Positions 27,150 to 36,444 of a DNA stretch of 57,991 nucleotides are shown piece after piece (position 1 is the first letter of the stretch; each line of letters starts with the position of its first letter). Origin of the DNA: Acidobacteriota bacterium (GTDB lineage Bacteria; Acidobacteriota; Vicinamibacteria; Vicinamibacterales; UBA2999); contig JBKPNV010000113.1 of the NCBI GenBank assembly GCA_046732795.1, positions 1-57,991 on the forward strand, written 5' to 3'. A program made the translations under genes and the position numbers. The notes beneath the pieces were generated by a model. The model searched no databases. It was not told the origin of the DNA and saw only the letters and a list, made by a program, of their open reading frames with translations.

Positions 27150-27562
27150 ATGAGCAGACTTGCGCGCATGCGCGTCTCCGCGGCTCTCATCGCCGCCACC
27201 CTCATGGAAACGACCGCTGCGACGCAGCGGCAGTTTCCATCTGGCTACATCGATCCCGCGCCCATTCTGGCCGCCGCCGCAGGGCAATCGGCACCGACAA
27301 CCTGACGATGCAGATCCATTACGTGAATCCGCTCGACCACGTCGAAGGAATGTTGATGGCCTATCTGCCGAAAGAGAAGCTCCTTTTCCAGGCGGACCTG
27401 GTCAACACCTTCGAGCCGCTCCCATCGAAAATCGCCGGCGATCAACGCAGCTTCTTCAACGTCGTCCAGAAACTGAAGCTCGATGTCACCCGGCTGGTCC
27501 CGATGCACCGACCGCCGATCCCGTGGACGTCCTTCGCAAACGCCGCTCGCGGCAGCGAATGA
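27150..27562 (+). pseudogene. remnant of an MBL-fold metallo-hydrolase gene (frameshifted and internally deleted)
   Basis: The signal-peptide-like ORF MSRLARMRVSAALIAATL... stops at 27305. In another frame, ...IGTDNLTMQIHYVNPLDHVEGMLMAYLPKEKLLFQADLV...VPMH resembles only the C-terminal third of MBL-fold hydrolases. The HxHxDH motif is absent. Confidence 0.4.
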
Positions 27563-27564
27563 AA

Positions 27565-27602
27565 TTGACAACTAGTCTACGAGTACTATAGTAATAGTAG
27601 AC
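27565..27602 (+). promoter_or_regulatory. sigma-70-like promoter TTGACA-N16-TATAGT with overlapping palindromes (putative BlaI-family operator)
   Basis: TTGACA 27565-27570 and TATAGT 27587-27592. Palindromes are GTCTAC 27575-27580 / GTAGAC 27597-27602 and TACTAT 27584-27589 / ATAGTA 27594-27599. The site is about 40 nt upstream of the blaI-family gene. Confidence 0.45.
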
Positions 27603-27607
27603 AGAAG

Positions 27608-27635
27608 GTCCGGCTGAAGCCGGACACTACGTCAC
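27608..27635. repeat. REP-like hairpin, variant A
   Basis: 28 nt identical to 18904-18931. Confidence 0.75.
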
Positions 27636-27639
27636 CTAT

Positions 27640-28017
27640 ATGGCTCGCCGCGCACTACCCGCGCTCGGAGCACAGGAACTCGCCATCATGAAAGTCGTGT
27701 GGCGGCGCAAGAACGCGTCGGTGCGCGACGTGTACGAGACGCTCCGGCAACGACGGGCCGTCGCCTATACGACCGTGATGACGATGATGAACACGCTGGA
27801 GACGAAGGGGTACTTGAAGAAGCACCTCGACGGCCGTGCATTCCGCTATCAGCCGGCTGTGCCCGAGCAACGCGTCGTCGGAGCGATGGTAAGGGAGTTC
27901 GTCGAGCGGGTCTTCGATGGCGGCTCCGCGGCGCTGCTGGCGCACCTGGTGTCTGACAGCGACCTGACAGACGAGGAACGCGAGGAACTCCGTCGCCTCA
28001 TCGACGAGGCCAAGTGA
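27640..28017 (+). CDS. BlaI/MecI/CopY family transcriptional repressor
   Basis: LGAQELAIMKVVWRRKNASVRDVYETL...AYTTVMTMMNTLETKGYL (winged helix of the Penicillinase_R family). Confidence 0.9.
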   Translation: MARRALPALGAQELAIMKVVWRRKNASVRDVYETLRQRRAVAYTTVMTMMNTLETKGYLKKHLDGRAFRYQPAVPEQRVVGAMVREFVERVFDGGSAALLAHLVSDSDLTDEEREELRRLIDEAK

Positions 28018-29636
28018 TGCAGCCGCTACCGCTCGGCCTCATCGTTTACAGCAGCCAGGTTCTCCTCGTGGTGTGCGCTGCCTCACTGGCGGAGATGCTC
28101 TTTCGTGTATCGGCGCCAACGGCTCGACTCACATACTGGCGTGTCGTCGCCGCACTGTGTTTCGCGCTTCCGTTCATTCCAACGCCGACACCCGATCTGC
28201 CGCCGGTATCCGTGGCGTTTGGCGCCCTGCCGAAGGGGGGAGTTGCCGATGCGGCAGTGACGCAGGTGCTCCCGGCGGCTGGCCCAGGCATCGTCTGGAT
28301 GTGGGCGGCAGGCATGATCCTCGGCGGCATCTGGCTGCTCGCGGGCGCGTGGCGGATCCGGCAACTGCGTCAGCACAGCGCTCCAGCCTTCCTGGAGCCG
28401 GACATCGAAGCGCTCCGTGTGACGTTGGCGCCGCGCGCTGAGTTCCGCTGGTCACGACGCGTGCAACAACCAGTCACCCTTGGCGTCCGCCGGCCGATGA
28501 TCGTGCTTCCTCCGCGGTTCGACGATCTGACGCACGAAGCCAGACGCGCGGTGGCCTGCCACGAATTGCTGCACGTACGGCGAGGAGACTGGTTGTGGGT
28601 CGTGCTGGAAGCGCATGTGCGCATCGTGTTCTGGTTCCATCCCGGCTTCTGGTGGCTGTTCGATCGCATCCAACTGGTGCGCGAGCAAGTCGTCGACGAG
28701 CTGGTCATCGCGCGCACGTCATCGAGGCGCGAGTACATGACAGCGCTGATGATGTTCGCCGACGGTCAACGACCGACGGCATTATCGAGCGCGTTTTTGC
28801 GCCGCCGGCATCTGAAAGCGCGACTTCGCGAGCTCGTGAAGGAGAGTCATATGTCTTTCCCACGTCTCATCTGGACGATGATGGCGTTGACGCTGGTGAT
28901 GGGCGGCGTGACCGCCGCAACTGTGCGAGCATTGCCGCTCGACCTCGGCGCGATTGCGCAGACGAGCGTCCCCAGCCGTATGGAGATTCGCCTTGCCGAG
29001 TCGGGATTTACCCCCGGTCTGCGCGAAGCAGTGATATCCGGCTCCAATCAGCGAATCTACCTCTATCCGAGCACGCTGGCCACCTGGTCGGATGTCACGC
29101 TCGCGCGCGCGATCAACGACGGGAATTCTTTCGGCGTCGCTGTGACGTTCAATAGTGCCGCCGCTGGACGCATGGCGAGTAGCACTGCCCCTCATGTGGG
29201 CAAGCCGATCGCCATCATCCTCGATGGCCGAGTCATCGCGGCGCCGATCGTGAGAGCCCCCGTGAGCGACAGCGCGATGCTCACCGGCCTCACCGCCGCG
29301 GTGGCGCGAGAACTGATCGACGCGAATCTCGCCTGTCAGCAGAACCCGGCGCAGTGCGTCGCCGCGATTCTCCCGGTTCCGACCTATCAGGAAAGACCCC
29401 AGTACACTCAGGCGGCGATGGCCGCGAGGATCGAGGGCAATGTGCTTCTGGAAGTGGTTGTGTCAGCGGACGGCGCGGTTGGCGATGTCACGGTCGTGAA
29501 GTCGCTCGACGCGCAGTACGGCCTCGATCAGCAGGCGGTCGAAGCGCTCAAGCACTGGCAGTGGAAGGCGGGTACCCGAGGCGGTGAACCGTCGTCCGTG
29601 GCCGTGCAGGTCGAGATGAAGTTCACGCTGAAGTAG
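28014..29636 (+). CDS. BlaR1-like M56 peptidase sensor with C-terminal TonB domain
   Basis: It overlaps the repressor stop. The zinc motif HELLHVRRGDW sits in a TM region. The C-terminal AMAARIEGNVLLEVVVSADGAVGDVTVVKSLD..GLDQQAVEALKHWQW is TonB_C-like. Confidence 0.9.
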   Translation: MMQPLPLGLIVYSSQVLLVVCAASLAEMLFRVSAPTARLTYWRVVAALCFALPFIPTPTPDLPPVSVAFGALPKGGVADAAVTQVLPAAGPGIVWMWAAGMILGGIWLLAGAWRIRQLRQHSAPAFLEPDIEALRVTLAPRAEFRWSRRVQQPVTLGVRRPMIVLPPRFDDLTHEARRAVACHELLHVRRGDWLWVVLEAHVRIVFWFHPGFWWLFDRIQLVREQVVDELVIARTSSRREYMTALMMFADGQRPTALSSAFLRRRHLKARLRELVKESHMSFPRLIWTMMALTLVMGGVTAATVRALPLDLGAIAQTSVPSRMEIRLAESGFTPGLREAVISGSNQRIYLYPSTLATWSDVTLARAINDGNSFGVAVTFNSAAAGRMASSTAPHVGKPIAIILDGRVIAAPIVRAPVSDSAMLTGLTAAVARELIDANLACQQNPAQCVAAILPVPTYQERPQYTQAAMAARIEGNVLLEVVVSADGAVGDVTVVKSLDAQYGLDQQAVEALKHWQWKAGTRGGEPSSVAVQVEMKFTLK

Positions 29637-29815
29637 GGCCACGAATCTGCGCGAAGCGCGTCACCGCCATGGCACCCTCCGTTCGTGCTCCGTTTCTCTG
29701 TTGCTCCGTGTCGGTCCGCTGGCTCCGCTCAACGCCGTTGCCGTTCGCCATTTCACGTCGCACGTTGATGTTGCCGTGATTCCAGGCGAAGAAAACGTTG
29801 GGAGTCGACGCAAGG

Positions 29816-31060
29816 TCAATCAATAGTCCACAGCGTCAGCGTGTTCGTGTCCTTGATGAAGATGCGGTTGCCAGAGATCGCTGGCTGCGCCCACGTTGCC
29901 GTGTCCGACACGGTGTAGCGCGCAACCACGTCGAACCGCTCGCGGCTCGCCCGCGCGACGATCAACTCCCCGTCATCGTTGAGAAAGAAGAGCAGGTTGT
30001 CCGTTTTGACGACCGCGGAGTTCATCGCCTCGCGCGGGGGGCCGAGCCACAGCACTTTCCCGTCACGCGCGTCGATCGCATAGAACTGGCCGCTGTTGCG
30101 TGTGGAGAATCCAAACAACGTGTCGCCAATCACCACCGGATTGCTCAAGTACGTCGCAACATCCTTGGTTTCCCAGAGCGTCTGGACCGTCCACGAGTTC
30201 TCGCGATAAGTCGGTCTGATCGCAGTGACGCCAACGCCGGCAACGATGATCGCGGGGCCATGCAGGACAGGCATCGACCCGCCGTTGCCGCCACCGCTCC
30301 ACGGAAACCGCCACAGCAATCGACCGTCGGGTATCGCGACACCGATGACACCGCCCTGCGTGACCGTGACGATCTGACGCGTGCCTTCGAGCGTCGTAAT
30401 GAGCGGAGACATGAAGAAGCCGCCGTCGCCCGTGGTCCACTTGACCATCCCGTCGTTCACGTCGTACGCCGTCAACGCCTCGTAGTTCCCGGGATGAACC
30501 AGCATCAGACCGTGTTCGCCGGCCGGCGACGAGGCCGCGCTGTAGAACGGATGCTCGGCAGGTTCGCGCGTCTGCCATAGCTGCTTGCCGCTCGCCGCGT
30601 CGAAGGCAGACACGATTCCGCTGATGCCCTGGGTGAACAGCTTGCCATCGAGAAAGAGCGGCGTCGCTTTCGGGCCAGCACCATGGACTTTTGTGGGCTG
30701 ACTGGCCGTATAAGGCGCGGGATAGTGCGATTGCCATCGTTGCCAGCCGGTTGCCGCGTCGAGCGCGGTCACCACTTCCTGTTCGTCGCGGCGCGTGAAG
30801 ACGTAGACGACATCGCCAATGACGAGCGGCGTTGCGTACCCGTCACCGACGTCGACCGTCCAGTGATGCTTCAGGGCCGGGGGCCACGCGACAGGCTCGA
30901 CGAAGCCCGACGCGGCGCCATCGCGAGACTGGCCGCGCCACTGCGGGTAATCGAGCGCGTTTTGCGCGAATAGCGAAACACCGGGCGCGCCGATCGTGGC
31001 GCACATCACGAACAACAGCGATGTGCGTCGGTTCACGCGTGCGCGCTCTTCCCACGCCAT
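29816..31060 (-). CDS. PQQ-like beta-propeller repeat protein (BamB/outer-membrane-assembly-like fold)
   Basis: DYPQWRGQSRDG start and repeated W...G..Y.SP.V..G.V. blades. Confidence 0.8.
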   Translation of the reverse strand: MAWEERARVNRRTSLLFVMCATIGAPGVSLFAQNALDYPQWRGQSRDGAASGFVEPVAWPPALKHHWTVDVGDGYATPLVIGDVVYVFTRRDEQEVVTALDAATGWQRWQSHYPAPYTASQPTKVHGAGPKATPLFLDGKLFTQGISGIVSAFDAASGKQLWQTREPAEHPFYSAASSPAGEHGLMLVHPGNYEALTAYDVNDGMVKWTTGDGGFFMSPLITTLEGTRQIVTVTQGGVIGVAIPDGRLLWRFPWSGGGNGGSMPVLHGPAIIVAGVGVTAIRPTYRENSWTVQTLWETKDVATYLSNPVVIGDTLFGFSTRNSGQFYAIDARDGKVLWLGPPREAMNSAVVKTDNLLFFLNDDGELIVARASRERFDVVARYTVSDTATWAQPAISGNRIFIKDTNTLTLWTID

Positions 31061-31911
31061 CGCTCACTCCCGGCAGCGGCGACCACGTAAGCGGCAGGCC
31101 ACATCATCACGAATGACAGCGGCCACCATGGCCTGGGATCGTCGGCAGAGACGACGAAGCCATCGGGACCTGGATCTGGCGGAATCAGGCCACGGCCAAA
31201 GACGACCGAGCTTTCGAGACCTTGTGAAACCAGGAAGCTCGCGCCTGCCAGCAGAAGCACGCCACACACAGTCCGGCCGAGCGGCAGGCCCGGACGCTGG
31301 CTGCCGCGAAGAGCGCCCGACGCCATCGGCAAGATCACGACGAAGGTTCGTACGAGGCGAGGGAACACGACGAGTATCAGGTGGTACTGCAGCGGTGGGT
31401 TCGGCGACCGGTGGACAACGGTTGCGGTTCCCAACGTCCCGGCAAAGACGACGAGCGCGAAGAGCGAGACAGTCAGCCAGAGCGTCCGTCGAGATAGACG
31501 GCCCACCACAAATCCGCTCGTCCACGACCAGCCGGCAAGAGCGCCCCATGCGGCGCCAAGCCACACCGCCGTGCGAATGATGTCATTTCGATAACCTGGA
31601 TACGCAAGATAAGAGAAATCCCAGAGCGTCCAGTAGTTCGCGACGTCAACGCCGGTCGTAATCGCCCACCAGCGAGACGCGTGGCTCAGCAACAGGCCGA
31701 TCGGAATCACGATGCTCCCGATCGCGAGCCAGCTTCGCCAGTCCGCCCACAATGCGACCTGCCGACGGATCACCAATCCTGCCACCTCTCGGAGCGCGCG
31801 CCCTGGCCGCGCGCCGCACTCCGCGAGATCACCGCGTACCACGTCGCGTTCTGGTTGATCGAGCAGCCGCGACAGCGTCTCGACGAGCAGCCAGCAGACT
31901 CGCGTCATCAT
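31033..31911 (-). CDS. membrane protein downstream of PadR
   Basis: ATG 31911 gives MMTRVCWLLVETLSRLLDQPERDVVRGDLAE.... Several TM helices follow. It lies 10 nt after the PadR stop. Confidence 0.6.
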   Translation of the reverse strand: MMTRVCWLLVETLSRLLDQPERDVVRGDLAECGARPGRALREVAGLVIRRQVALWADWRSWLAIGSIVIPIGLLLSHASRWWAITTGVDVANYWTLWDFSYLAYPGYRNDIIRTAVWLGAAWGALAGWSWTSGFVVGRLSRRTLWLTVSLFALVVFAGTLGTATVVHRSPNPPLQYHLILVVFPRLVRTFVVILPMASGALRGSQRPGLPLGRTVCGVLLLAGASFLVSQGLESSVVFGRGLIPPDPGPDGFVVSADDPRPWWPLSFVMMWPAAYVVAAAGSERWRGKSAHA

Positions 31912-31921
31912 CCCCGGCCCC

Positions 31922-32248
31922 TCACCTGGTCGACGCCCAGGCGACACCTCGGCTCACCCGCAACACCGTCTCGTAAAACGCGGATGCCGCCTGTTCGCCC
32001 TGCGCGGTGATTCGAACCATCCGCTTCGGACGGCCGCCGCGCTGCGGGGTGGGATCTCCCATCGATGTCGTGATCAGCCCCTTGATTTCCAGACGGTCGA
32101 TCGTCGTGTAGAGCGCTCCGAGGGAGCACGGGCGGCCGGTCGCCGCCTCGATCTCCTGACGAATGGCGACCCCATAGGCGGCGTCGCCGAGACGGGCAAC
32201 GGCCGTCAACAACAGGTATTCGAATTCGCCGAGCTGCATTACTATCAC
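31922..32248 (-). CDS. PadR family transcriptional regulator
   Basis: GEFEYLLLTAVARLGDAAYGVAIRQEIEAATGRPCSLGALYTTIDRLEIKGLI. Confidence 0.9.
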   Translation of the reverse strand: MIVMQLGEFEYLLLTAVARLGDAAYGVAIRQEIEAATGRPCSLGALYTTIDRLEIKGLITTSMGDPTPQRGGRPKRMVRITAQGEQAASAFYETVLRVSRGVAWASTR

Positions 32249-32335
32249 ATTGTAGTTGTAATTGACCTCTCGTCAAGATCGTTGCAGTCCTCGACGCCGC
32301 TTTCTTCGTCAAATGAGCAAACCGGAGGAAGGTTC

Positions 32336-32749
32336 ATGCGCACGTCCGCCCTCGCGATCGCTGCCCTGTTTGTGCTCATGGGGGCAAGTACCGGGTCAGG
32401 TCAACGGACACCGCAATGTCTCCACGATGAACTCGAGACGCCGGCGAACCGCACCCGCCGTGAACGGGCGATCGAGTGGGCCCATCAGATCAACGCGGCA
32501 GAGGCGAAGATGTTCGGTCCTCGCGGCGGAAGAAATTCCTATGTTCCGCTCGACCGGCTGTTCAACCTGGCGCCCGCTCCCGACGGGTTCAAACTCCAGT
32601 TCCTGGTCGAGCAGGACACCTACGCGTTCTCAATCAAAGACACGCGAGATCCGTGCGCGTACGCAGTATTTTCCGATCAGAGCGGCGACGTATACGAGGC
32701 GACGCCCGCGGCACTCAAGCCGCGTATGAAGCTTCTGTCTCAGCGTTAG
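32336..32749 (+). CDS. hypothetical secreted protein
   Basis: ATG 32336 follows ggagg. The signal peptide is MRTSALAIAALFVLMGASTGSG. No family recognised. Confidence 0.5.
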   Translation: MRTSALAIAALFVLMGASTGSGQRTPQCLHDELETPANRTRRERAIEWAHQINAAEAKMFGPRGGRNSYVPLDRLFNLAPAPDGFKLQFLVEQDTYAFSIKDTRDPCAYAVFSDQSGDVYEATPAALKPRMKLLSQR

Positions 32750-32757
32750 GAGGCACC

Positions 32758-33699
32758 ATGCTGCGGCCGCCAGCACAACTCACCCGGTGGGTGCTCGGTG
32801 CCGTTTGCTGCGCCGGCCTGGCCGTCACGCTTGACGCACAGAATCAGGGACCTGCACCCGATCCGACGCCGCCTGCCGCTGAACCGACGTTCGAAGTGAC
32901 CTCGGTGAAGAAGAGCGGTGCGACGCCTCAGGTGTGGATGATGTTCGGCCTGCGGCCGAACGGCCGATTCGCGATGGACATGCCAGTGGGCGGGCTGATC
33001 ACGCTCGCCTATGGAATTCAACGCTTTCAGTTGATCGGCGGCCCCGCCTGGTTGAACACCGACCGCTTCACGATCAACGCTGTCGAAGAGGATCTTCCGA
33101 TTCCCCCAGCAGTTCCCGGGGCACCAACTCACATGCAACTGCTCGTGCGATCACTGCTCAAACAGCGATTCGCCCTCGTCGTTCACAGCGAGACGCGCGA
33201 GCTGCCGTTGTCGTATCTCGTCATGGCGCGTGAGGATCGCAAACTGGGTGAGCGCCTTCGTCCGTCGACGGTCGACTGCCGCGCGTATTACGCCGAGCGT
33301 GCCAAGGCCGCCAAAGAAGGAGCACCGTCGGCACCACCGGTACCTTCCAAGCCGGGCGAGATACTTCCGTGCACTCTGATGGGCGGATTCGGCCGCATCA
33401 CAGCGGGGTCGACCCAGATGTCCAACCTGGCGATGATGCTTGGCAACATGCTCGGTCGCCCTATCTACGACCGCACCAATCTGACTGGCACTTTCGACAT
33501 CCAACTCGAATACACACCCGATCAGATGCCGCAGCTTCCCCCTGGCGTGACGCTTCCGCCCGGACTCACGCTGCCCTCACCCGACGGTCCGTCGCTCTCA
33601 ACGGCGCTGCAGGAACAACTCGGCCTCAAGCTCGAAAACACGCGCGGTCCTGTTGAGGTGATCGTCATCGACTCGGTGGAGCAACCACAGCCCGATTGA
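32758..33699 (+). CDS. TIGR03435-like soil-associated protein
   Basis: PTFEVTSVKKS......GGLITLAYGIQRFQLIGGPAWLNTDRFTINA and the C-terminal GLKLENTRGPVEVIVIDSVEQP are typical of the family. Confidence 0.8.
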   Translation: MLRPPAQLTRWVLGAVCCAGLAVTLDAQNQGPAPDPTPPAAEPTFEVTSVKKSGATPQVWMMFGLRPNGRFAMDMPVGGLITLAYGIQRFQLIGGPAWLNTDRFTINAVEEDLPIPPAVPGAPTHMQLLVRSLLKQRFALVVHSETRELPLSYLVMAREDRKLGERLRPSTVDCRAYYAERAKAAKEGAPSAPPVPSKPGEILPCTLMGGFGRITAGSTQMSNLAMMLGNMLGRPIYDRTNLTGTFDIQLEYTPDQMPQLPPGVTLPPGLTLPSPDGPSLSTALQEQLGLKLENTRGPVEVIVIDSVEQPQPD

Positions 33700-33860
33700 A
33701 TCCTTGCCAGGAACGGAGATTTTCACCGTTGCTCCGTGGCGACCGTTTCCTCGGTCACCTCCATGACCTCCCCGCAGCATATTGAACCGCAGCGGGATCG
33801 CGCCCATAATCTGCGCATTCGTCCGGCGCGCGCGCCCACGTGCTTCGACAGGAGGCGTCC

Positions 33861-35123
33861 ATGAAGACCGCTCTCGCTTGCGTATTTCTTCTGAGTGTCC
33901 TGACCTTTCCGGCACTGACAGCTTCACCCACCGCCAAGCCGGAGGAAGTAGGGGTTTCGTCGGAGCGCCTCCAGCGCATCAACCAGATGGTCGAGCGGCA
34001 CATCGCCGCTGGCGACATCGCCGGCGCGGTCACGATCGTTGCCCGTAAGGGGAAAGTCGTTCATCACTCCGCGCAAGGCGTGATGGACCTGCAATCGAAG
34101 CAGCCGATGTCGTCGGCCTCGATGTTCCGGATCGCCTCGATGACCAAGCCGGTCGTCGGCGTCGCCATCATGATGCTCGTCGAGGAAGGCAAGCTTCACC
34201 TGAACGATCCGGTCAGCCGCTACATTCCGCAGTTCCGCGAGATGAAGGTGGCGGTGCCACGGCCGGCGCCGAGCGCGGCCGCCGGGCGCGCCGGTGGCGA
34301 GGACAACGCTGGTCCGCGCTTCTACACCGTCCCGGCCGAGCGCGGGATCACGATCAAGGACCTCCTCACTCACGTCTCGGGTCTCGGCAGCGGCCCGATG
34401 GGTAACAGCGACATCGACAAGGTTGCGCGCAAAGATGGCGAAACGCTTGCCGACTACATTCCGCGTCTGGGTTCGACGGCGTTGGAGTTCCAGCCCGGAT
34501 CGCGCTGGACCTACAGCCCGGGTGCGGGCTTCGAGACGCTCGGCCGCATCATCGAGATCGCATCGGGCACTCGACTCGATCAGTTCTTCCGCACGCGCAT
34601 TTTCGACCCGCTCGGGATGAAGGACATCACCTTCTGGCCGACCGATGCGCAGATGCCGCGCGTCGCCACGGTGTACGGACGCGGCCCGAATGGCTTGACG
34701 AAGACGCCGACACCGAATGACACGATGTCGCGAAACGTATACTTCCGCGGTTCGGGCGGACTCTACAGCACGGCCGAAGACTACATTCCGCTGGGAATGA
34801 TGCTCGCCAACGGCGGGGAGCTGAATGGAAAGCGCCTCCTCAGTCGCAAGACTGTGGAGATGATGAGCGCCGCTCACGTGAAGGACACGCTGCCTGGCCG
34901 CCCTGCCGGTGAAGGCTACGGACTCAGCGTGCGAGTCGTCACGGATCACGCCATTCGCGGAACGATGTTGTCCGATGGGACGTTCGGCTGGTCGGGCGCC
35001 CAGGGTACGCACTTCTTCGTCGACCCGAAGGAAGAACTGGTTGGCGTGCTCATGGTGCAGACCTCGATCGGGGAGTTTCAGCGCGAGTTCGAAGACCTGG
35101 TCGCGCAATCGGTCGTTGATTGA
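33861..35123 (+). CDS. serine hydrolase, class C beta-lactamase/PBP family, secreted
   Basis: Signal peptide and SxxK motif FRIASMTKPV. ATG 33861 follows ggagg. Confidence 0.9.
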   Translation: MKTALACVFLLSVLTFPALTASPTAKPEEVGVSSERLQRINQMVERHIAAGDIAGAVTIVARKGKVVHHSAQGVMDLQSKQPMSSASMFRIASMTKPVVGVAIMMLVEEGKLHLNDPVSRYIPQFREMKVAVPRPAPSAAAGRAGGEDNAGPRFYTVPAERGITIKDLLTHVSGLGSGPMGNSDIDKVARKDGETLADYIPRLGSTALEFQPGSRWTYSPGAGFETLGRIIEIASGTRLDQFFRTRIFDPLGMKDITFWPTDAQMPRVATVYGRGPNGLTKTPTPNDTMSRNVYFRGSGGLYSTAEDYIPLGMMLANGGELNGKRLLSRKTVEMMSAAHVKDTLPGRPAGEGYGLSVRVVTDHAIRGTMLSDGTFGWSGAQGTHFFVDPKEELVGVLMVQTSIGEFQREFEDLVAQSVVD

Positions 35124-35202
35124 CAGGCAGGCCTCAAGACCCGCCTTTACTCGCAGCGGCGCGTCTTGAAATCCGCCGTTGCCGCCCAATTCGGGAGCCC
35201 AG

Positions 35203-36444
35203 ATGTTACTCAGAGTGGAAAAGGTTTCGTGTGTTCTTGCCATTGCCAGTGCGGTCGCGCTGACGGTCCTCGCGGCCGCACAACAGGGTCAGCCTCAGAT
35301 CGGGATTGCCCCCATCACGCTGACGGCCGGTCCGTACACCTTCGATACCGCCGAACAGCACAAGATTCGCGTGGTCATCGTCGCGCGCGGGCTGGTGCAT
35401 CCCTTCAGTCTGGCATTCCTGCCCAACGGCGATGCGCTCGTCACTGAGCGCGGCACGAAACTGCGCATCGTACGAAACGCGACCGGGGCTGGCGGCGCGG
35501 AGGCCACACTCGATCCGGAGCCGATCGCGGGTCTGCCTGCATTTCCGCCGTTCAGGACTGGCGGATTGCAGGAAGTGGCGCTGCACCCGAAGTTCGCTAC
35601 CAACCAGCTGGTGTACTTCACCTACAACAAGGCTGGAGCAGTGGGCCAGAACCCGAATCAGCGGCAGAGCGCGGTCACGCTTGCGCGAGGACGATTCGAC
35701 GGCAAGTCGCTCACTAATGTCGAAGAGCTTTTCAGTGGCGACTGGAACAATGGCGCCAGCGGGTCACGCCTCGCGTTCAGCCGCGACGGACTGATCTACA
35801 TGACAACGGGCGCGCCGTTCGACGATAAGGCCCAACGTACCGACACGGTCTATGGCAAGGTTCTCCGCCTGACCGAAGATGGCAAAGCGCCGCGGGACAA
35901 TCCGTTCGTGGGTAAAGCAGGTGCCCGTGCCGAAGTATTCTCGATGGGGCATCGCGATCAGTTGGGTCTGACCATCCACGAGGCGACAGGCACGGTGCTG
36001 GCCGCCGAACACGGTCCAAATGGCGGGGATGAGATCAACGTCATTCAAGCCGGTGGCAACTACGGATGGCCGAAGTTCAGCTTCGGTCGTACGTACGAGG
36101 GTCCACGGATCTCCGAGGTGCCGCTCGGGCCCGGCATTGAACAGCCACTGGTGTTGTGGATTCCCTCGATCGCGCCCACGGGCCTGACGTTCTACACCGC
36201 CGATCGCATTCCAGCCTGGAAAGGCAATCTGTTCGTCGGCAGCGCGCGACGCGGTGAAGTGCCTCGCACAGGCGGACTCGAACGCGTCGTGGTGAACGAC
36301 AAGCTCGAGGAGCTGCGCCGCGAGTCGTTGCTCACCGAGCTGCATCAACGCATTCGTGACGTGCGACAGGGACCGGATGGGTTGCTTTACGTCATTACCG
36401 ACGAAGACGATGGGGCGCTGCTGCGGATCGAGCCAGCGCAGTAG
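35203..36444 (+). CDS. PQQ-dependent sugar dehydrogenase (soluble glucose/sorbosone dehydrogenase family)
   Basis: GLVHPFSLAFLPNGDALVTERGTKLRIV, HPKFATNQLVYFTY, GHRD..GL..H and NYGWP motifs. Confidence 0.85.
   Translation: MLLRVEKVSCVLAIASAVALTVLAAAQQGQPQIGIAPITLTAGPYTFDTAEQHKIRVVIVARGLVHPFSLAFLPNGDALVTERGTKLRIVRNATGAGGAEATLDPEPIAGLPAFPPFRTGGLQEVALHPKFATNQLVYFTYNKAGAVGQNPNQRQSAVTLARGRFDGKSLTNVEELFSGDWNNGASGSRLAFSRDGLIYMTTGAPFDDKAQRTDTVYGKVLRLTEDGKAPRDNPFVGKAGARAEVFSMGHRDQLGLTIHEATGTVLAAEHGPNGGDEINVIQAGGNYGWPKFSFGRTYEGPRISEVPLGPGIEQPLVLWIPSIAPTGLTFYTADRIPAWKGNLFVGSARRGEVPRTGGLERVVVNDKLEELRRESLLTELHQRIRDVRQGPDGLLYVITDEDDGALLRIEPAQ

Noticed and set aside
32249-32335. PadR operator in the divergent intergenic region (ATTAC...GTAAT, TTGACctctcGTCAA)
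   Set aside because: Only 5-bp arms are present and there is no match to the ATGT-N8-ACAT type PadR box. This is too weak to call.
33924-35243. 439-aa ORF on the minus strand
   Set aside because: It is antisense to the serine hydrolase gene with its clear SxxK motif. It is Arg-rich and has no recognisable motifs.
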